Shown here: positions 40,769-55,646 of the stretch, piece by piece
Layout: each line of letters begins with the position of its first letter
How positions within the stretch are numbered: the stretch's first letter is position 1
Origin: the human T2T-CHM13v2.0 reference genome, Homo sapiens
Strand: one strand, 5' to 3'
Assembly (NCBI RefSeq): GCF_009914755.1
Contig: NC_060935.1
Length of the DNA: 64,000 nucleotides
Program-made: the position numbers and the translations under genes
Notes under the pieces: model-generated
What the model was told of the DNA's origin: nothing
What the model saw: the letters and a program-made list of their open reading frames with translations, nothing else
The model's database searches: none

Positions 40769-41637
40769 TATATTAGTCCATTCTTGCATTGCTATAAAGA
40801 AATACCTGAGACTGGGTAATAAAGAAAAGAGGCTTAATTGGCTCATGGTTCTACAGTCTGTACAGGAAGCATGACACTGGCATGTGCTCAACTTTTGGGG
40901 AACGCTCAGGAAACTTACAGTCATGGTGAAAGGTAAAGGAGAGCACACACCACATGGTTGGAGTAGGAGCATGAGAGAGAGGGGAGGGGAGGTGCCTTAC
41001 ACTTCAAAACAACCAGATCTCCTGATAATTCACTCACTATATAGCACCAAGGGGGGGATAGCGCTAAACCATTCATGAGAACCCTGTCTTCATGACCCAA
41101 TCACCTTCCACAAGTCCTTACCATTATAAATAAAGTTTTGGTGCCACAAAAGAAATAGCACTCGAATATAAAATTTTCTTTTTAATTCTCAGCAAGGCAA
41201 GTTACTTCTATAGAAGGGTCCAACCTTACAGATGGAGCAATGGTGAGCACACACTTGGACAAGGGAGGGGAAGGGGTTCTTATCCCTGACACATGTGGCC
41301 CCTGCTGCTGTGTCGTTCCCCTATTGGCTAGGGTTAGACCGCACAGGCTAAGCTAATTCCAATTGGCTAATTTAAAGAGAGTGATGGGGTGAGTGGTTTG
41401 GCAGGAAAAATGGTTATGACAGAGCAGGTAATCGGAATGAGTCAGGGTGGAGTAGGTAATTGAAAAAGGTTGCTTTACAAGGAAGTTAAGTTTAAAAGTA
41501 GAAGGTAAAGAATCGAACATACTGACATGTTGATTCTTTGAAAAGAAATTTAGAACTCATATCTAACATTACCTTCAGCACTGAGGATTACATTTCAACA
41601 TGAGATTTGGGCAGAGACACAGATTCAAACTATACCA
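40769..41637 (-). mobile_element. MSTA 5' LTR, interrupted by LTR10
   Basis: tattagtccattcttgcattgctataaagaaatacctgagactggg...tttcaacatgagatttgggcagagacacagattcaaactatacca. Confidence 0.85.
41122..41568 (-). mobile_element. LTR10A/F-like (HERV-I group) solo LTR
   Basis: Minus strand starts tgttagatatgagttctaaatttcttttcaaagaatc. 4-bp TSD ttac. One AP-1 site TGAGTCA at 41437-41443. Confidence 0.8.
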
Positions 41638-43007
41638 GTGCTATTTTCCAATTTACAGCAAGTAACCATAAACCAGATTTGCACCTACTAAAGTCTAGGT
41701 ACCTTTATGAGAGCAATAATTACACAATTAATTATTTTATATCTTCCCTATTAAGTTATTTAAGGTTTCTTAGCACTCAACACATCACTAGCTTGTAGTA
41801 GAGGCTCAAAATCTTATTGAAACAACAGTTTATTAAAGAACTTTGGGTGACTTGGTGTGATTACCGTCCAGAACTATAAATGGTGGAATAGCTGCAAAAG
41901 AGGCCAGAAAAGTAAAATGAGGCAGTTTACAGAATAATTTATGATTTGATAAAAGGTTATTATTTTATTCCATAGGTGATGAGGAGTCCTCAGAAGGTTT
42001 TGAGTTGATGTAGATATAGATTTCAATTTGAAAATATTTCCCAACATTAGTGAGAAAGATGAGTTAGAGATGAAAACCTAGAGACAGAGATGACACAGGC
42101 TACTCTGTACTAATATTACTACTATTGCAGTAGTCTAAATGATAACTGTCAAGGATTCAACTTAAGATAATGTAAAAGAATGGGAATTAATAGATATAAG
42201 AGAAATATACAGAGAAGAGTTCATAAGATTTGGTGGACAATTAAGTGGAAGAGATGATGGAGATGAGCTTATGAGTTATTTCAACACACATTAATTTGTT
42301 ATATCATTCTTTGTTTAATGAATGAATATAATATTTACTGAGTTAGCACAATGACAGCAAAATACAGAGTAAAAAGTCTTATTTTTGGCTCAACTATAGA
42401 TAGTGGTGCCTTATACTTTAAAACAACCAGTTGTAAACTGTTTCAACAAGTTATGAAACATGACAATAATAATATGCATTTGTGTGCTTATGTCAAGCAT
42501 CCAATTACTTGATTGTATTATCTCATTTAATACTAATAATTATAATATGAGAAAGTTAATATTATACCATATTATAGATGAAGATACTATGTCACAGCAG
42601 TAAGTAATCTGCTCAAGATCATACAATAAGTAATAGAAACAGATTTTGAGTTCACATTCTGACTCAAGACCCCAAACTCAGATTCACCATACCATACCAC
42701 CTTTTGAGTAATCAGCTGCTAATTATGTTAGAGGACACTAGAGTAGAATTTATATTAGGGACATTTAACACTTAAGTTAAAAAGGAAGGAGGATTTCTGG
42801 TTCTCAAAAGTGACAGCTGAGCCAGTGTTACAGACTTGAAAAGCTGCATTTTTAAAACTACGCTAGGTTGAGAATAAAAGAAAACTTAATATTCATTTGT
42901 AAGATCTTTATAATATGTTTCATATAATTGAAGAAGTAGTTGATATTTGAAAGAATGGAAGCAGAATTTTAGCACCAGCATTTCCTGATCTTAAGAACAC
43001 TGTTACT

Positions 43008-43118
43008 TGCTGAGGACAGTGGCTTAGACCTGTAGTCCCAGTGCTTTGGGAGGGTGAGGTGAGAAGATCACTTGAGACAAGAATTTGAGACAAGCCTGTG
43101 CAACACAGCAAGGTCCTG

Positions 43119-43166
<48 letters not shown>

Positions 43167-43342
43167 TAAATTAGCTGGGCATGCTGGCTCATGTCTGTAG
43201 TCCTAGCTCCTTGAGAGACTGAGGAAGGAGGATTGCTTTAGCCCAGAAGTTTGAGTCTGCAGTGAGCTATAATCGTGTCACTCCATCTCTGCATTCAGCC
43301 TGGGCAACAGAGCAAGATGCTGTATCAAAAGAAAAAAAAAAA
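43008..43342 (+). mobile_element. AluJ with (CA)n in the central linker
   Basis: Diverged Alu dimer with J-type gaggattgctt...agctataatc. Confidence 0.85.
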
Positions 43343-46300
43343 CAAAACATAACTGCCAGCATTAACAATTCCCCATCCGCTTGTCTTCCTATTACAAGTT
43401 TTTTTGTTTTGTTTTGTTTTTGTTTTTTGGTAAGTGGGGCAAGAGATTAAACTGGCTCAGCTTAGTTCAAAGTCCACTCCAATATCTGGCTTGATTCAGT
43501 CAATTATGGCAAAAAGAGTCTTTGCGGTTGGGGCAAGTAAGAGATTTACATGGTATTAATACATATTGGAAAAAGGTTATGAGAATGAAATGCACACACT
43601 GCATTATATATGGATGTTTTCTAAAATAAAACATCAAAAATTCACTTATATGTCCACCAATGTAGGAAGATTAATTTTCAGTTGCTCATCTTAACCTCTA
43701 TCCAGATTGTTTTTATATCATTTGGTTATAATATGTCTCAAGAAAAATACTGTAAACTTACTATTAATTTTAAAACAATCAATTTTTTTTCAAACCATGA
43801 CTATTTTTTATGTTGGTCATTTTATAGACTGGGCAATAGTTGGGTATATTTCAAAGTATTTTAACTTATTACATAAGAATGTGCTTTTAATGACCATAAC
43901 AGCAAAGAAAAATGTTACCTTTATTTACACTAGAATAATTATTTTCTTTAAGAAAGTATTTACCAACTCAGTAAAAAATTACTTCTGTATTTATTAAAAA
44001 CAAACAACAGAAAAGGAAGTGTGTATTCACACTAAACTCCCTTTTCTTCTTTAACCTTTCATGTGCTGGAGAATGCTCTTCTGTTATGGTGCTGTTCAGC
44101 ACCTTTAGAGCAGAAACTTGTTTAGGTGTCTTTTTTTTCCTGCATTAATGGGAGCTTGTAAATATCTTTTACATGAAGTATCCTCAAGGAAGAGAAAGCA
44201 CGGTGAAGGAGTTGTCCTCAAGAGTCACTATCGATATTGTCTAAGTGGTCTGAAAATTCTAACTTTGAAGTTTCTCTATGATCCAAACACAATCTAAGTG
44301 AAATGATTTCCAGTTAAGTCATCAGAAGTTTGCCTATTGGTATGTTTGTTCATTCATGTGTTATTTATTTGCTTTATATTCCTTTCAATTTCTACTTTAA
44401 AATGTTTTGTAACTTTACTAGTGGCTATGAATGTAATTAATTTTTGGAAATCAATTTTATATTAGGTATATTTTCAGTCTCTAGAGGAAAAATGCTATTT
44501 TTTAAATATAAGTTTATTTATCACAGTCAGTTGTTTTAAGCTGGTTATCTTTATCTCTATAAATTCTGTAAAATCTGATTGTAATTTCATACATTTCTCC
44601 TTAATAAAATCTTCTCTAATATTAACCTTTATTTCATTGAATAAAGTAAATCCCATTGAATCTAACTTTTTAGATTATTCTTTTTAATCAGTAAAAATAC
44701 TATCTTTTTTTCTTTTTCAACTTTTATTTTAGATACAGGGGTTACATATGTGGGTTTGTTACATGGATATATTACAGCAGGTACTACGCATAGTAACCAA
44801 TATGTAGTTTTCCAACCCACATTCACCTTCCTCCCTCCTCCCTCTAGTAACCCACAGGGTTTATTGTCCCCATGTTTATGTTCATGTGAGCTCAAGATTT
44901 AGCTCCCAATTTTAAGGGAGGTATTTGATTTTCTGTTTCTGCCTTAATTTGCTTAAGATTATGGCCTACAGTTCCATCCATGTTACTGCAAAGAGCATTA
45001 TTTCTTTTTTCTGGCTGCATAGTATTTCATGGTGTATATGTACCACATTTGCTTTATCTAATCCACCAAATTGATGGACACCTAGGTTGATTTTATGTTT
45101 TTGCTATTATGAATAGAATGGCAATGAACATACATGTGCACATGTCTTTTTGGTATAATGATCTATTTTCCTTTTGGTATATACTCAGTAATAGAATTGT
45201 TGGGTTCAATAGTAGCTCTGTTATAAGTTCTTTAAGAAATCTCCATAATGTTTTGTACAGTTGTTAAACTAATTTACATTCTCACCAAGAGTGTGTAAGC
45301 ATTCCCTTTTCTCTGCAGCCTTATCATCACCCCTTGATTTTTTTTTTTTTTTAACTTTTTAATAATGGCCATGCTGACTGGTGTGAAGTGGTATCTCATT
45401 GTTGTTTTGATTTGCATTTCTCTGATGATTAGTGATGAGCACTTTTCCATTATGTTTGTTGGCCTCTTGTATGTCTTATTTTGAGAAGTGTTTGTTCATA
45501 CACTTTGCCCATTTTTTAATGAGGTTATTTGTCTTTTGCTTGTTGATTTAAGTTCCTTATATATTCTGGATATTAGACATTGACAGATGCATTGTTTGCA
45601 AATATTTTCTTTTATCCTGTAGGGTGTCTGTTTACTCTATTTATAGTTGCTTTTGCTGTGCATAAAGCTCCTTAGTTTAATTAGGTCCAATTTGTCCATT
45701 TTTGTTTTTGTTGCAGTTGATTTTGGGAACTTGGCCAAAAAATCTTTGTGAAGGCTGATGCCAAGAAGGGTATTTCCTAGGTTTGTTTTTAGGATTTTTA
45801 TAGTTTGAGATGTTAAATTTAAATCTTTACCTTGATTTGATTTTTGTATATGGTAAGAGATAGGGGCCCAGCTTCATTGTTCTGCATATGACTATCCAAT
45901 TTTCCCAGCACCATTCATTGAATATAGTGTCCTATCTCCAGTGTCTATTTTTGTCAAGTTTATTAAAGACCAGTTGGTTGTAGGTTATGTGGCTTTATTT
46001 CCGGGTTCTCTATTCTGTTCCACTGACCTATGTGTCTGCTTTTGTACCAGTACTATGCTGTTTTAATTACTATACTCTTGAAATATAGTGTGAGGTAAAG
46101 CGATGTGATGATGTCTTCAGCTTTGTTCTTTTTGCTTGGGTTTGCTTTAGCTAGTTGGACCCTTTTTTTAATTCCATATGAATTTTAGGATTTTTAAAAT
46201 TCTGTGAAACATAATGTTAGTAACTTGATAGAAATCAAATTGAATCTGTATATTGCTTTGGGCAGTATGTTCATTTTTTAAATATTGATTCTTCTAATCC

Positions 46301-48426
46301 ATGAGCTGGGATGTTTTTCCATTTGTTTGTGTCATTTATTATTTTTTTCATCAGTGTTTCATCATTCTACTTCTAGAGATCTTTCACTTTCTTGGTTCAA
46401 TGTATTTCTAGGTATTGTGTGTGTGTGTGTGTGTTTGTGTGTGGGTGTGTGTGTGCATGTGTGTCTATCATAAATGAGACTGAGTTTTTGATTTGGTTCT
46501 CAGCTTGAACATTATATAAAAATGCTACTATTTTTTGTATGTTGATTTTGTGTGTCTAGAAACATTACTGAAGTCATTTATCAAGTCTAGTCTTTTGGAG
46601 GAGCCTTTAGGCTTTTCTAGGTATAAGATCATGTCATCAGCAAACAGATAATTTGATTTTTTCTTTTCCAATTTAGAGGTCTTTTTCTTTCTTTCTTTTG
46701 CCTAACTTCTCTGGCTAGGACTTTAAGTACTATTTTGAATAAGAGTGGTGAGAGTGGGCATCCTTGTCTTGTTCCAGTTCTTAGAGAGAATGCTTTCAAC
46801 TTTTCCTCATTTAGTATGATGTTGGCTCTGAGTTTGTTATATATGGCATTTATTATTTTAAGGTATCTTCCTTCTATGCCTAGTTTCTCAAGAGTTTTTG
46901 TCTGTGGATTTTATTGAATGCTTTTTCTGCATCTATTGAGATGGTCATATGCTTTTTGTTTTTCATTCTGTTTATGTGGTGAATCACATTTATTGATTTG
47001 TGTATGTTGAACCATGCTTGCAACCCAGGAATAAAACCCACTTGATTATGATGCATTATCTTTTTGACATACTGTTGAATTCAGTTTGCTGGTATTTTGT
47101 TGTGGATTTTAGCACCTATGTTCATCATGGATATTGGCCTGTAGTTTTCTTTTTTTATTGCATGCTTGCATGATTTTGGTATCAGGGTGATACTGGTTTT
47201 GTAGAATGAGTTAGGGAGGAATTCCTCCTCATCTTTTTGGAATAGTTTTAATAACATTGGTACCAGCTCTTCTTTGTAACTCTGATAAAATTCAGTTGTT
47301 AATCCATCTGGTCCTGGGCTTTTTTTGAGAGATTTTAAATTACTGATTCAATTTCATTACTCATCATTGGACTTTCAGGATTTCTATTTCTTCCTGGTTA
47401 AATCTTGGGAGATTTTATGCTTTCAGGAATTTATCCATTCCTTCAAAGTTTTCTAGGTTGTGTCTATAAATATGCTCATAGTAGTCTCTGATAATCTTTT
47501 GTTTTTCCATGGTATCTGTTGTAATGTCACTTTATTATTTCTGATTGTGCTTATTTGAATCTTCTCTCTTTATTGATTACTCTAGATAGTGGTTTATCAT
47601 TTTGTTTATCTTTTCAGAAATTCAACTTCTCATTCCATTGATTCTTCTTCTCATTATTTTTTTTTTAGTTGCAACCTCATTTAGTTTTGCTCTGGATCTT
47701 TGTTATTTCTTCTTCTGCTCGCTTTGGGTTTGGTTTGTTCTTGCTTTTATAGGTTTTTGAGGAGTGAAATTAGGTTGTTAATTTGAGATCTTTCTATCTT
47801 TTTGATGCAGGTATTTAATGCTATAAACTTTCCTCTTAACACCACTTTTGCTATATCCCAGAGGTTTTGGTATGTCATCACTTTATTTTAATTCATTTCA
47901 AAAAATTGTTTATTTCTGCCTTTGTTTTGTTGTTTACCCAAAGGCCATTCAAGAGCAAGTTGTTTGGTTTTCATATATTTGTGTCATTTTGAGAGTTCCT
48001 CTTGGTATCAATTTTTAATTTTATTCCACGGTGGTATGACAGGATAGTTGTGAATATTTTGAATTTATTCATTACGGCCAAGCATATGGCCTATTGTGGA
48101 GAATGTTCCATGTACAGATGAGAAAAATATATATCCTGCAGTTCTGGGGTTGAATGTTCTGTAAATGTGTTAAGTTTATTTGGTCTAGAGTGCAGTAAGT
48201 ACACAGTTTCTTTGTTGATTTTCTACCTCAGTGATATGTCTAGGGCTGTTGGTGGGATGTTGAATTCCCTCACTGTTATTGTATTGCTACCAATTCCTTT
48301 TCATAGGTTTCATAGTATTTGTTTTATGAATCTAGGTGCTCTGGTGTTGTGTGCATATATATTTAGAATTGTGATATCTTCTTGTGGAATCAAACAATTT
48401 ATCATTATATAATGACCTTGTTTGTC

Positions 48427-48743
48427 TTTCTTTCTTTTTTTTTTCTTTCTTTCTTTTTTTGAGACAGAGTCTCGCTCTGTCACCCAGGCTGGAGGGAGTG
48501 CAGTGGCGTGATCTGGGCTCACTGCAATCTCTGCCTCCTGGGCTCAAGCAATTCTCTGCCTCAGCCTCCCGAGTAGCTTGGATTACAGGCACCTGCCACC
48601 ACGCCCAGCTAATTTTTGTATTTTTAGTAGAGACGGGGTTTTACCATCTTGGCCAGGCTGGTCTTGAACTCCTGACCTTGTGATCCACCTGCCTCGGCCT
48701 CCCAAAGTGCTGGGATTATAGGTGTGAGCCACTGTGCCCAGCC
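48427..48743 (-). mobile_element. AluS inserted in L1
   Basis: Reverse-complement Alu; TSD-like tttgtcttt on both sides. Confidence 0.95.
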
Positions 48744-48852
48744 ATTTGTCTTTTTTTTTTTAACTGTTGTTTCTTCAAGGTATGTTTTATCTGATGTAAG
48801 TACAGCTACTCATGCTTGTTTTTGTTTTCTTTTTTCATAGTAGAATTTCAAA

Positions 48853-49026
48853 GTAGAATTTCCAAGTGCATATTTAGAGTGCTTTGAAGTCTATGGAAGA
48901 AAACGAAATATCTTCATATAAAAACTAGACAGAATCATTCTCAGAAACCACTTTGTGATGTGTGCGTTCAACTCACAGAGTTTAACCTTTCCTTAGATAC
49001 AGCAGTTTTGAAGGACTCTTTTTGTA
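48853..49026. repeat. Single alpha-satellite (alphoid) monomer, A-type, no CENP-B box
   Basis: gtagaatttccaagtgcatatttagagtgctttgaagtctatggaagaaaacgaaatatcttcatataaaaactagacagaatcattctcagaaaccactttgtgatgtgtgcgttcaactcacagagtttaacctttcc...actctttttgta matches the alphoid consensus. 48853-49023 is 171 bp. Confidence 0.93.
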
Positions 49027-49530
49027 CAGCTCTTTACTTTGAACATATGGGTATTTTTATCTGTTAGTTGGGTCTTTTGTAGGCAGCAGATAGTTGGGAC
49101 TTGTTTTTGTATCCAGTTTGCCAGTCTATATATTTTAAGTGGAGCATTTAGGCCATTTACATTTAAGGTTAATATTGATATGTGAGGTTTTGTTCTTGTC
49201 ATAATGATGTTACCTAGTTTCTTTGTAGTCTCAATTGTGTAATTGCATTATAGGATCTGTGAGCTTTATACTGATGAGTGTTTTTATGATGGCAAGTATT
49301 GTCCTTTTGTTTCCATGTGAGAACTCTTTTGAGCATTTCTCATATGGCCAGTGTAACGGTGATAAATTTCCTTAGGGTTTGATGGTCTATAACTTTATTT
49401 CTCCTTCATTTATAAAGCTTACTTTAAGCTTTATTGAAAAACTCTTAAAGAATTTTTTTTCCTTAAGAAAGATAATAGGTCCTCAACCTCTTCAGGCTTG
49501 TAAGGTTTCTGCTGAGAAATCTTCTGTTAG

Positions 49531-49920
<390 letters not shown>

Positions 49921-52369
49921 TCTCTAGCTATCTTTAGAATTTTTTCCTTCATGTTGACTTTGGACAGTCTGATGACAATATACTTTGATAAGATTTATCT
50001 TGCAAAGAATCTTCCAGATGTTCTTTGAACCTGTTGTATCTGGATGTCTAATTTCTATCTAGACCAAAAATATTTTCCTGAATGATTTTATCAAATACAT
50101 TTTCCAAGGTTTTTACTTTTTATTATTATCCCTGAGTAATGGCTATTGCTCATAGATTTCGTTGCTTTATATAATTTCATATTTCCTGGCTGCATTTTTA
50201 AAAAATTCTCCTTTGTTTTCTTTTTTATATATAACTGGGTCAATTCAAAGGACCAGTCCTCAAGCTCTGAAATTCCTTCTTCTACTTTGTTTAGTATGTT
50301 GTTAAATAGTTCATCTATATTTTATAATTCCTTCAATGAACATTTCATTTCCAGAAGTTCTGTTTGGTTTTCTTTTAAATACTTACCTCTTTAGTAAATT
50401 ATTCTTCCATACTCTGAATTGTTTTTCTGATTTCCTTGTGTTGCTTTCTGACTTTCTCATAGATCTCATTAAGCTTCCTAAAATCCATGTTTTGAATCCT
50501 TTTTTTAGTCCTTTCAAAATTTTCATTTTGTTTAGGATGCATTGCTAGAGAGCTAGTGTAATGCTTTGGGGGTGTCAAAAAACTCTTTTTGTCCTGCCAG
50601 AGTTCTTACACTGATTCCTTCTCATCTAGAGAAGTTATGACCTCTGATTTTTGAACTTTATTCCATTTGAATGGTGCTTTTAACTTTTTTATTCTTTTCT
50701 CCCTTGAGGGTATGACTGTAACATATATTCTGTATGATACTTTGGCTTTGTTTCTCAGTGCTTTCAGGGGGCCAAGGCTATGTATGAACTCCTTAGTTAT
50801 AGATAGCTTTTGTGCAGTGGCTTTCTCAAATGTTGATTGTTTTAGTGATATATTGGGTATATGAGCTGACTCATTATCTTCTGTGGTGCTGGGAGTGGGG
50901 AGGTCTCAGGGAGCTTTTCCCATACCCTAGAACTATGCCCTTCTGTCAGCAGGTTTATTTGGTGGTGCAGTTCAGTCTATAGTCCAGTAGATGGCGATAA
51001 GGAGTAAGAGCGGGCTCATCTCTGATGACAAATGGAAGCACCTGCTTTGACAGAGGCGGTGGAAGGAGCTCATGGTGGGATGGGCTGATGTCTTCAACGT
51101 GAGGGGTGCCACGGTGGGACCTCACCACCTCCTTATCCTGGGCAGCCAGGAACACAACCTACATGTCTATTACATCCCTGTCACCAGGCTTGCTACTTTC
51201 AGTTCAGATAGACACTGACCCTTTTCTCCAGGTCTCAATGAAACTAGGGCCCGTGGAAAATGCCCATCTGCAGGTACCACTGAGATAGCCTTGAGGCTGA
51301 ACCTCTTTTTCTGGTTTAAGACAGGTAACTCTGTGGCTGGTCTGCATTCCATTGCAGGAACACAGCAGCTCTGTGTAGGGAGGGGGAGATGTGCTCCACC
51401 TTTATGCAATTCCAGGAGGCAGGTACACTTTCAGTGGGGGTGTAACCACCTGGAATCATGCTGGAAAGCCTCACTCTAAGTGCACTTATGCCAATTCACA
51501 GTGGGAAAAACCTTGGCTCTGTCCACAACAGTAGACTGGGGGAGTGGGAGAAGATTCCCCTCATCCATTTCCAGCCACTGGTGTTGCCTGTCTGCTTGGG
51601 CAGAACAACACTTTTCCCCTTCAGAGACAACCACTGCACCCATCACTCTTCTGGGAGGGGCACAGTCACCCACTGGACACAAGTAGGGGGCTCTCAGGCA
51701 GGAGAGAGCTTTCTATTTGGTTTCCTTTGTTCTAAAGGGTGTTTTGGTGGGCTGCACTGTGCCTTCTCCCAGCAGCAGCCCATGCTGTGAACTGGATATC
51801 CAAGGATCTTGCAACTCCCAAGGATCCCACTGTTCCCCTGTGTTCGCTGCACTTAGAGCAGCATCTGGAAAATGTTTGTTGGGGATCTAGTGGTATGAAG
51901 AAACAAAGACTGAAATTCTCTGGGCAGGATAGTAGCCCACAATCAGTGTACAACCAACACGGTGCCTACCATTTCAACTTGGGTTCAAGGGGAGTGTGTG
52001 TGAACCTGCACAAACTGGCTACTAAGTGCTGGACCCCCAGGGAGTTTCCAAATTCCTCCTGACCGCAGTGCCTGGGCTTACAAGAGCAGAGAGGCTCTTC
52101 AACAATTTGGTCCTCAGCAGCCTGTCACAAGGGTAAGGAGAACAAAGAAACTCCCACCTACACTTTCTGTGGGATTGCAAGTTCCTCAGGAGTCAATCTC
52201 TGCCAGAGTCTTGCTGCCTTCCTTTTCTGCACCTGAGCTTCTTCCTGTGGCTTCTCTGACTGGTTTTGCATTCTTCCTCAGCATTCCACTCCAGCCATGA
52301 TCACTCATCTGTAACTTTGTCTCTTCTTTCTGTAGAGAACTCACATCTGACATCCCTAGTTAGCCATCC

Positions 52370-52560
52370 ACAGTGGATGCCTTTTGTTGGAACACAGATA
52401 ATTCATAGTCTGTGCCCATTCAAAAAGTTCACCTAGCGTACCTCTTTCCCAGACTTCTTTATCACCAACATTCAAATCCTGTTCTTTCCAAGTCCCTTAT
52501 CATCCAGCCAAACCACTGCCAACTGCTGATGAATTTGTGTAGGTCCACACTTTTGACCAA
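52370..52560 (-). mobile_element. ERVL-class internal (pol/RNase H region) fragment
   Basis: ttctttccaagtcccttatcatccagccaaaccactgccaac resembles antisense ERVL pol. Confidence 0.45.
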
Positions 52561-52752
52561 AATAACAAACTTCTGAGGCATGAAACAACATGGGTGAAAC
52601 CTAAAAGCATTATGCTAAGTGAAAGAAGCCAGACACGATAGATTACCTAATGTGTGATTCCATTTACATGCAATTCAAGGAAAGGTAAAATTATAGTGAT
52701 AGAAAGCAAGTTATTGTTTGCCAGTGTCCAGGGGGCACAGCTAGAGGACTCA

Positions 52753-53402
<650 letters not shown>

Positions 53403-53419
53403 GGTTTTAAATTATTTTT

Positions 53420-54095
53420 AAAACTAAAATAAAAATTGTATATATTTATGGTATACAACATGATGTCTTGACATATGTATACATTATGAAATGATTAAAC
53501 CAGACTAATTAACATATCCATCACTTTATATACTTATTATTTTCTTGTGATGAGAACATTTAAAATTTACTTTCAGCAATGTTTAAGTATACAATACATT
53601 AATTATATGGTTTGGAAACTTGTCCCCCATAAATTTTATCCCAATATGAAATGTGATCGTCAATGTTGGAGGTGGGGCCTAGTGGGAGGTGTTTAGGTCA
53701 CTGCTCATAGATGGCATGGTGTCCCTGTGGTAATGAGTAAGTTCTCACTCTGAATTCATGTGAGATCTGGTTCCTCAAAATAGTGCGGCACCTCCCTCCC
53801 ACCCCACCTCCTGCTCCTACTCTCACTATGTGGTACATTGGCTACCCCTTTTCCTTCGGCCATGACTGTAAGCTTGCTGAGGACCTCGGCAGAAACAGAT
53901 GCTGGCACTATGTTTCCTGTACAGCCTACAGAACTATAAGCCAAAATAAACATCTTTTCTTTATAAACCACCCAGCCTCAGGTATTTCTTTATAGCAACA
54001 CTACACAAGGATGGACTAATGCAATTAATATTAGCCATAGTCACTACGGTATACACAATATATCTCCAGACCTTATTTTTGCTGCCTAACTGAAA
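53420..54095 (-). mobile_element. L1MA 3'-end fragment interrupted by an MST LTR
   Basis: aaaattgtatatatttatggtatacaacatgatg L1MA terminus, resuming after the LTR. Confidence 0.75.
53603..54023 (+). mobile_element. MaLR solo LTR (MSTA/MSTB-like)
   Basis: atatggtttgg...ggaggtggggcctagtgggagg...tcaggtatttctttatagcaaca...gactaatgca. TSD attaa. Confidence 0.85.
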
Positions 54096-54361
54096 CATTA
54101 AGATTTTATATTATGAGTAGGAAGGTCGTTAGATACTGTATATTTTAAATTAGTAAATTTTATTGCATGCAAATATTTCTAAAAAAGCAATTAAAAAGAG
54201 AAAGCACACTTAGCTCAATTTTCTATGGTGTGAATTGTGTCCTTCACTTATGATACTTTTCTACCTAATGTAGAATGGTTTACTGACTCAGTAATGGTTT
54301 GCTAACTCACAAATACCTGTATGAGTCTACTTTTGTATTTAGCATGTAATACAAGAATGCG

Positions 54362-54735
<374 letters not shown>

Positions 54736-55219
54736 TTATTGCCTAAGTTAAGATTTATGTATGATTGTAAATTAATTTCTTTTCCTCATCTCCAATTATA
54801 AACAATCACCTGTTTATTACATCTCCTTGGCAAAATAATACATAATATTGAGTCATAATGATGTCCAGTATTCCAACTGCTTTAAATGAATTGACTCATT
54901 TATTCCTCAAGATTATCCTATAGATAGATTATATTACTATCTCCATTTTTCAATGAGGATACTAAGGTACAGTGAGGATAAATAATTTGCCTCAAGGCAC
55001 ACATCTAGAAGACAGCAGAGCTGGAACTTAATCCATGCAGTCTAGCTTCAGGTTCTACAGCCTAGTCTTCTGATGTAATGCACCTCTCATATCTTCACTT
55101 CTCTTCACAATTGCAATATTACTCACGTAGTTTAGCCTCCATCTTTGATCTTGCCTGTGTATAACTCAAGATACACACTGCTGCAAAAGTGATTTCTTAG
55201 TGATATAAGCAAAAAAAAA

Positions 55220-55468
55220 AAAACCTTCAAAAATCTTCTCCTCTCTAAAAGCAATAAAAATAGTGCAAAAAATTGTCAAAACAACATTTTCAGAACTATA
55301 CAAATGAACTAAAGGCTTACAACTATGCAAGGAGCATTTATTCAATAAAATAAACTGAAAAAAACAGTAAGCTTTGCATCATTTCAAACTGGTCTATTCC
55401 CCTCCCTCTCTCTCCAGTTCTACAGTAGCCTTGAAAACCAACAACCCTGCAGCATGGTAAAACCAGCA
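55220..55468 (+). mobile_element. Old L1M 5'-end-like fragment
   Basis: ctcctctctaaaagcaataaaaatagtgcaaaaaattgtcaaaacaacattttcagaact resembles L1M 5' regions. Confidence 0.45.
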
Positions 55469-55646
55469 ACCTCTTGATTTCAAATTTTAAAGCCCTCCAT
55501 CAAAATGGGTCAGCAGAACAAGCCTTAAGCAGAGATGACATCTCAGAGATAAATCACTGCTGCTCTGGACCACGTCTACTCCTATGTACCTGCAGGACAG
55601 CAGAGACTTGAGCTGCAAAGGTGGCTGCTAGCCAAGATGAGTTTAT
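55469..55646 (+). repeat. 178-bp direct copy of 62644-62821
   Basis: Ungapped alignment with about 23 mismatches by hand count (~87% identity). Confidence 0.92.

Noticed and set aside
48853-49026. Functional centromere seed
   Set aside because: A single A-type monomer without a CENP-B box is not expected to nucleate a kinetochore.
50955-52062. ORF cluster in the GC-richer segment
   Set aside because: 5'UTR region of the old antisense L1; no coding signature.
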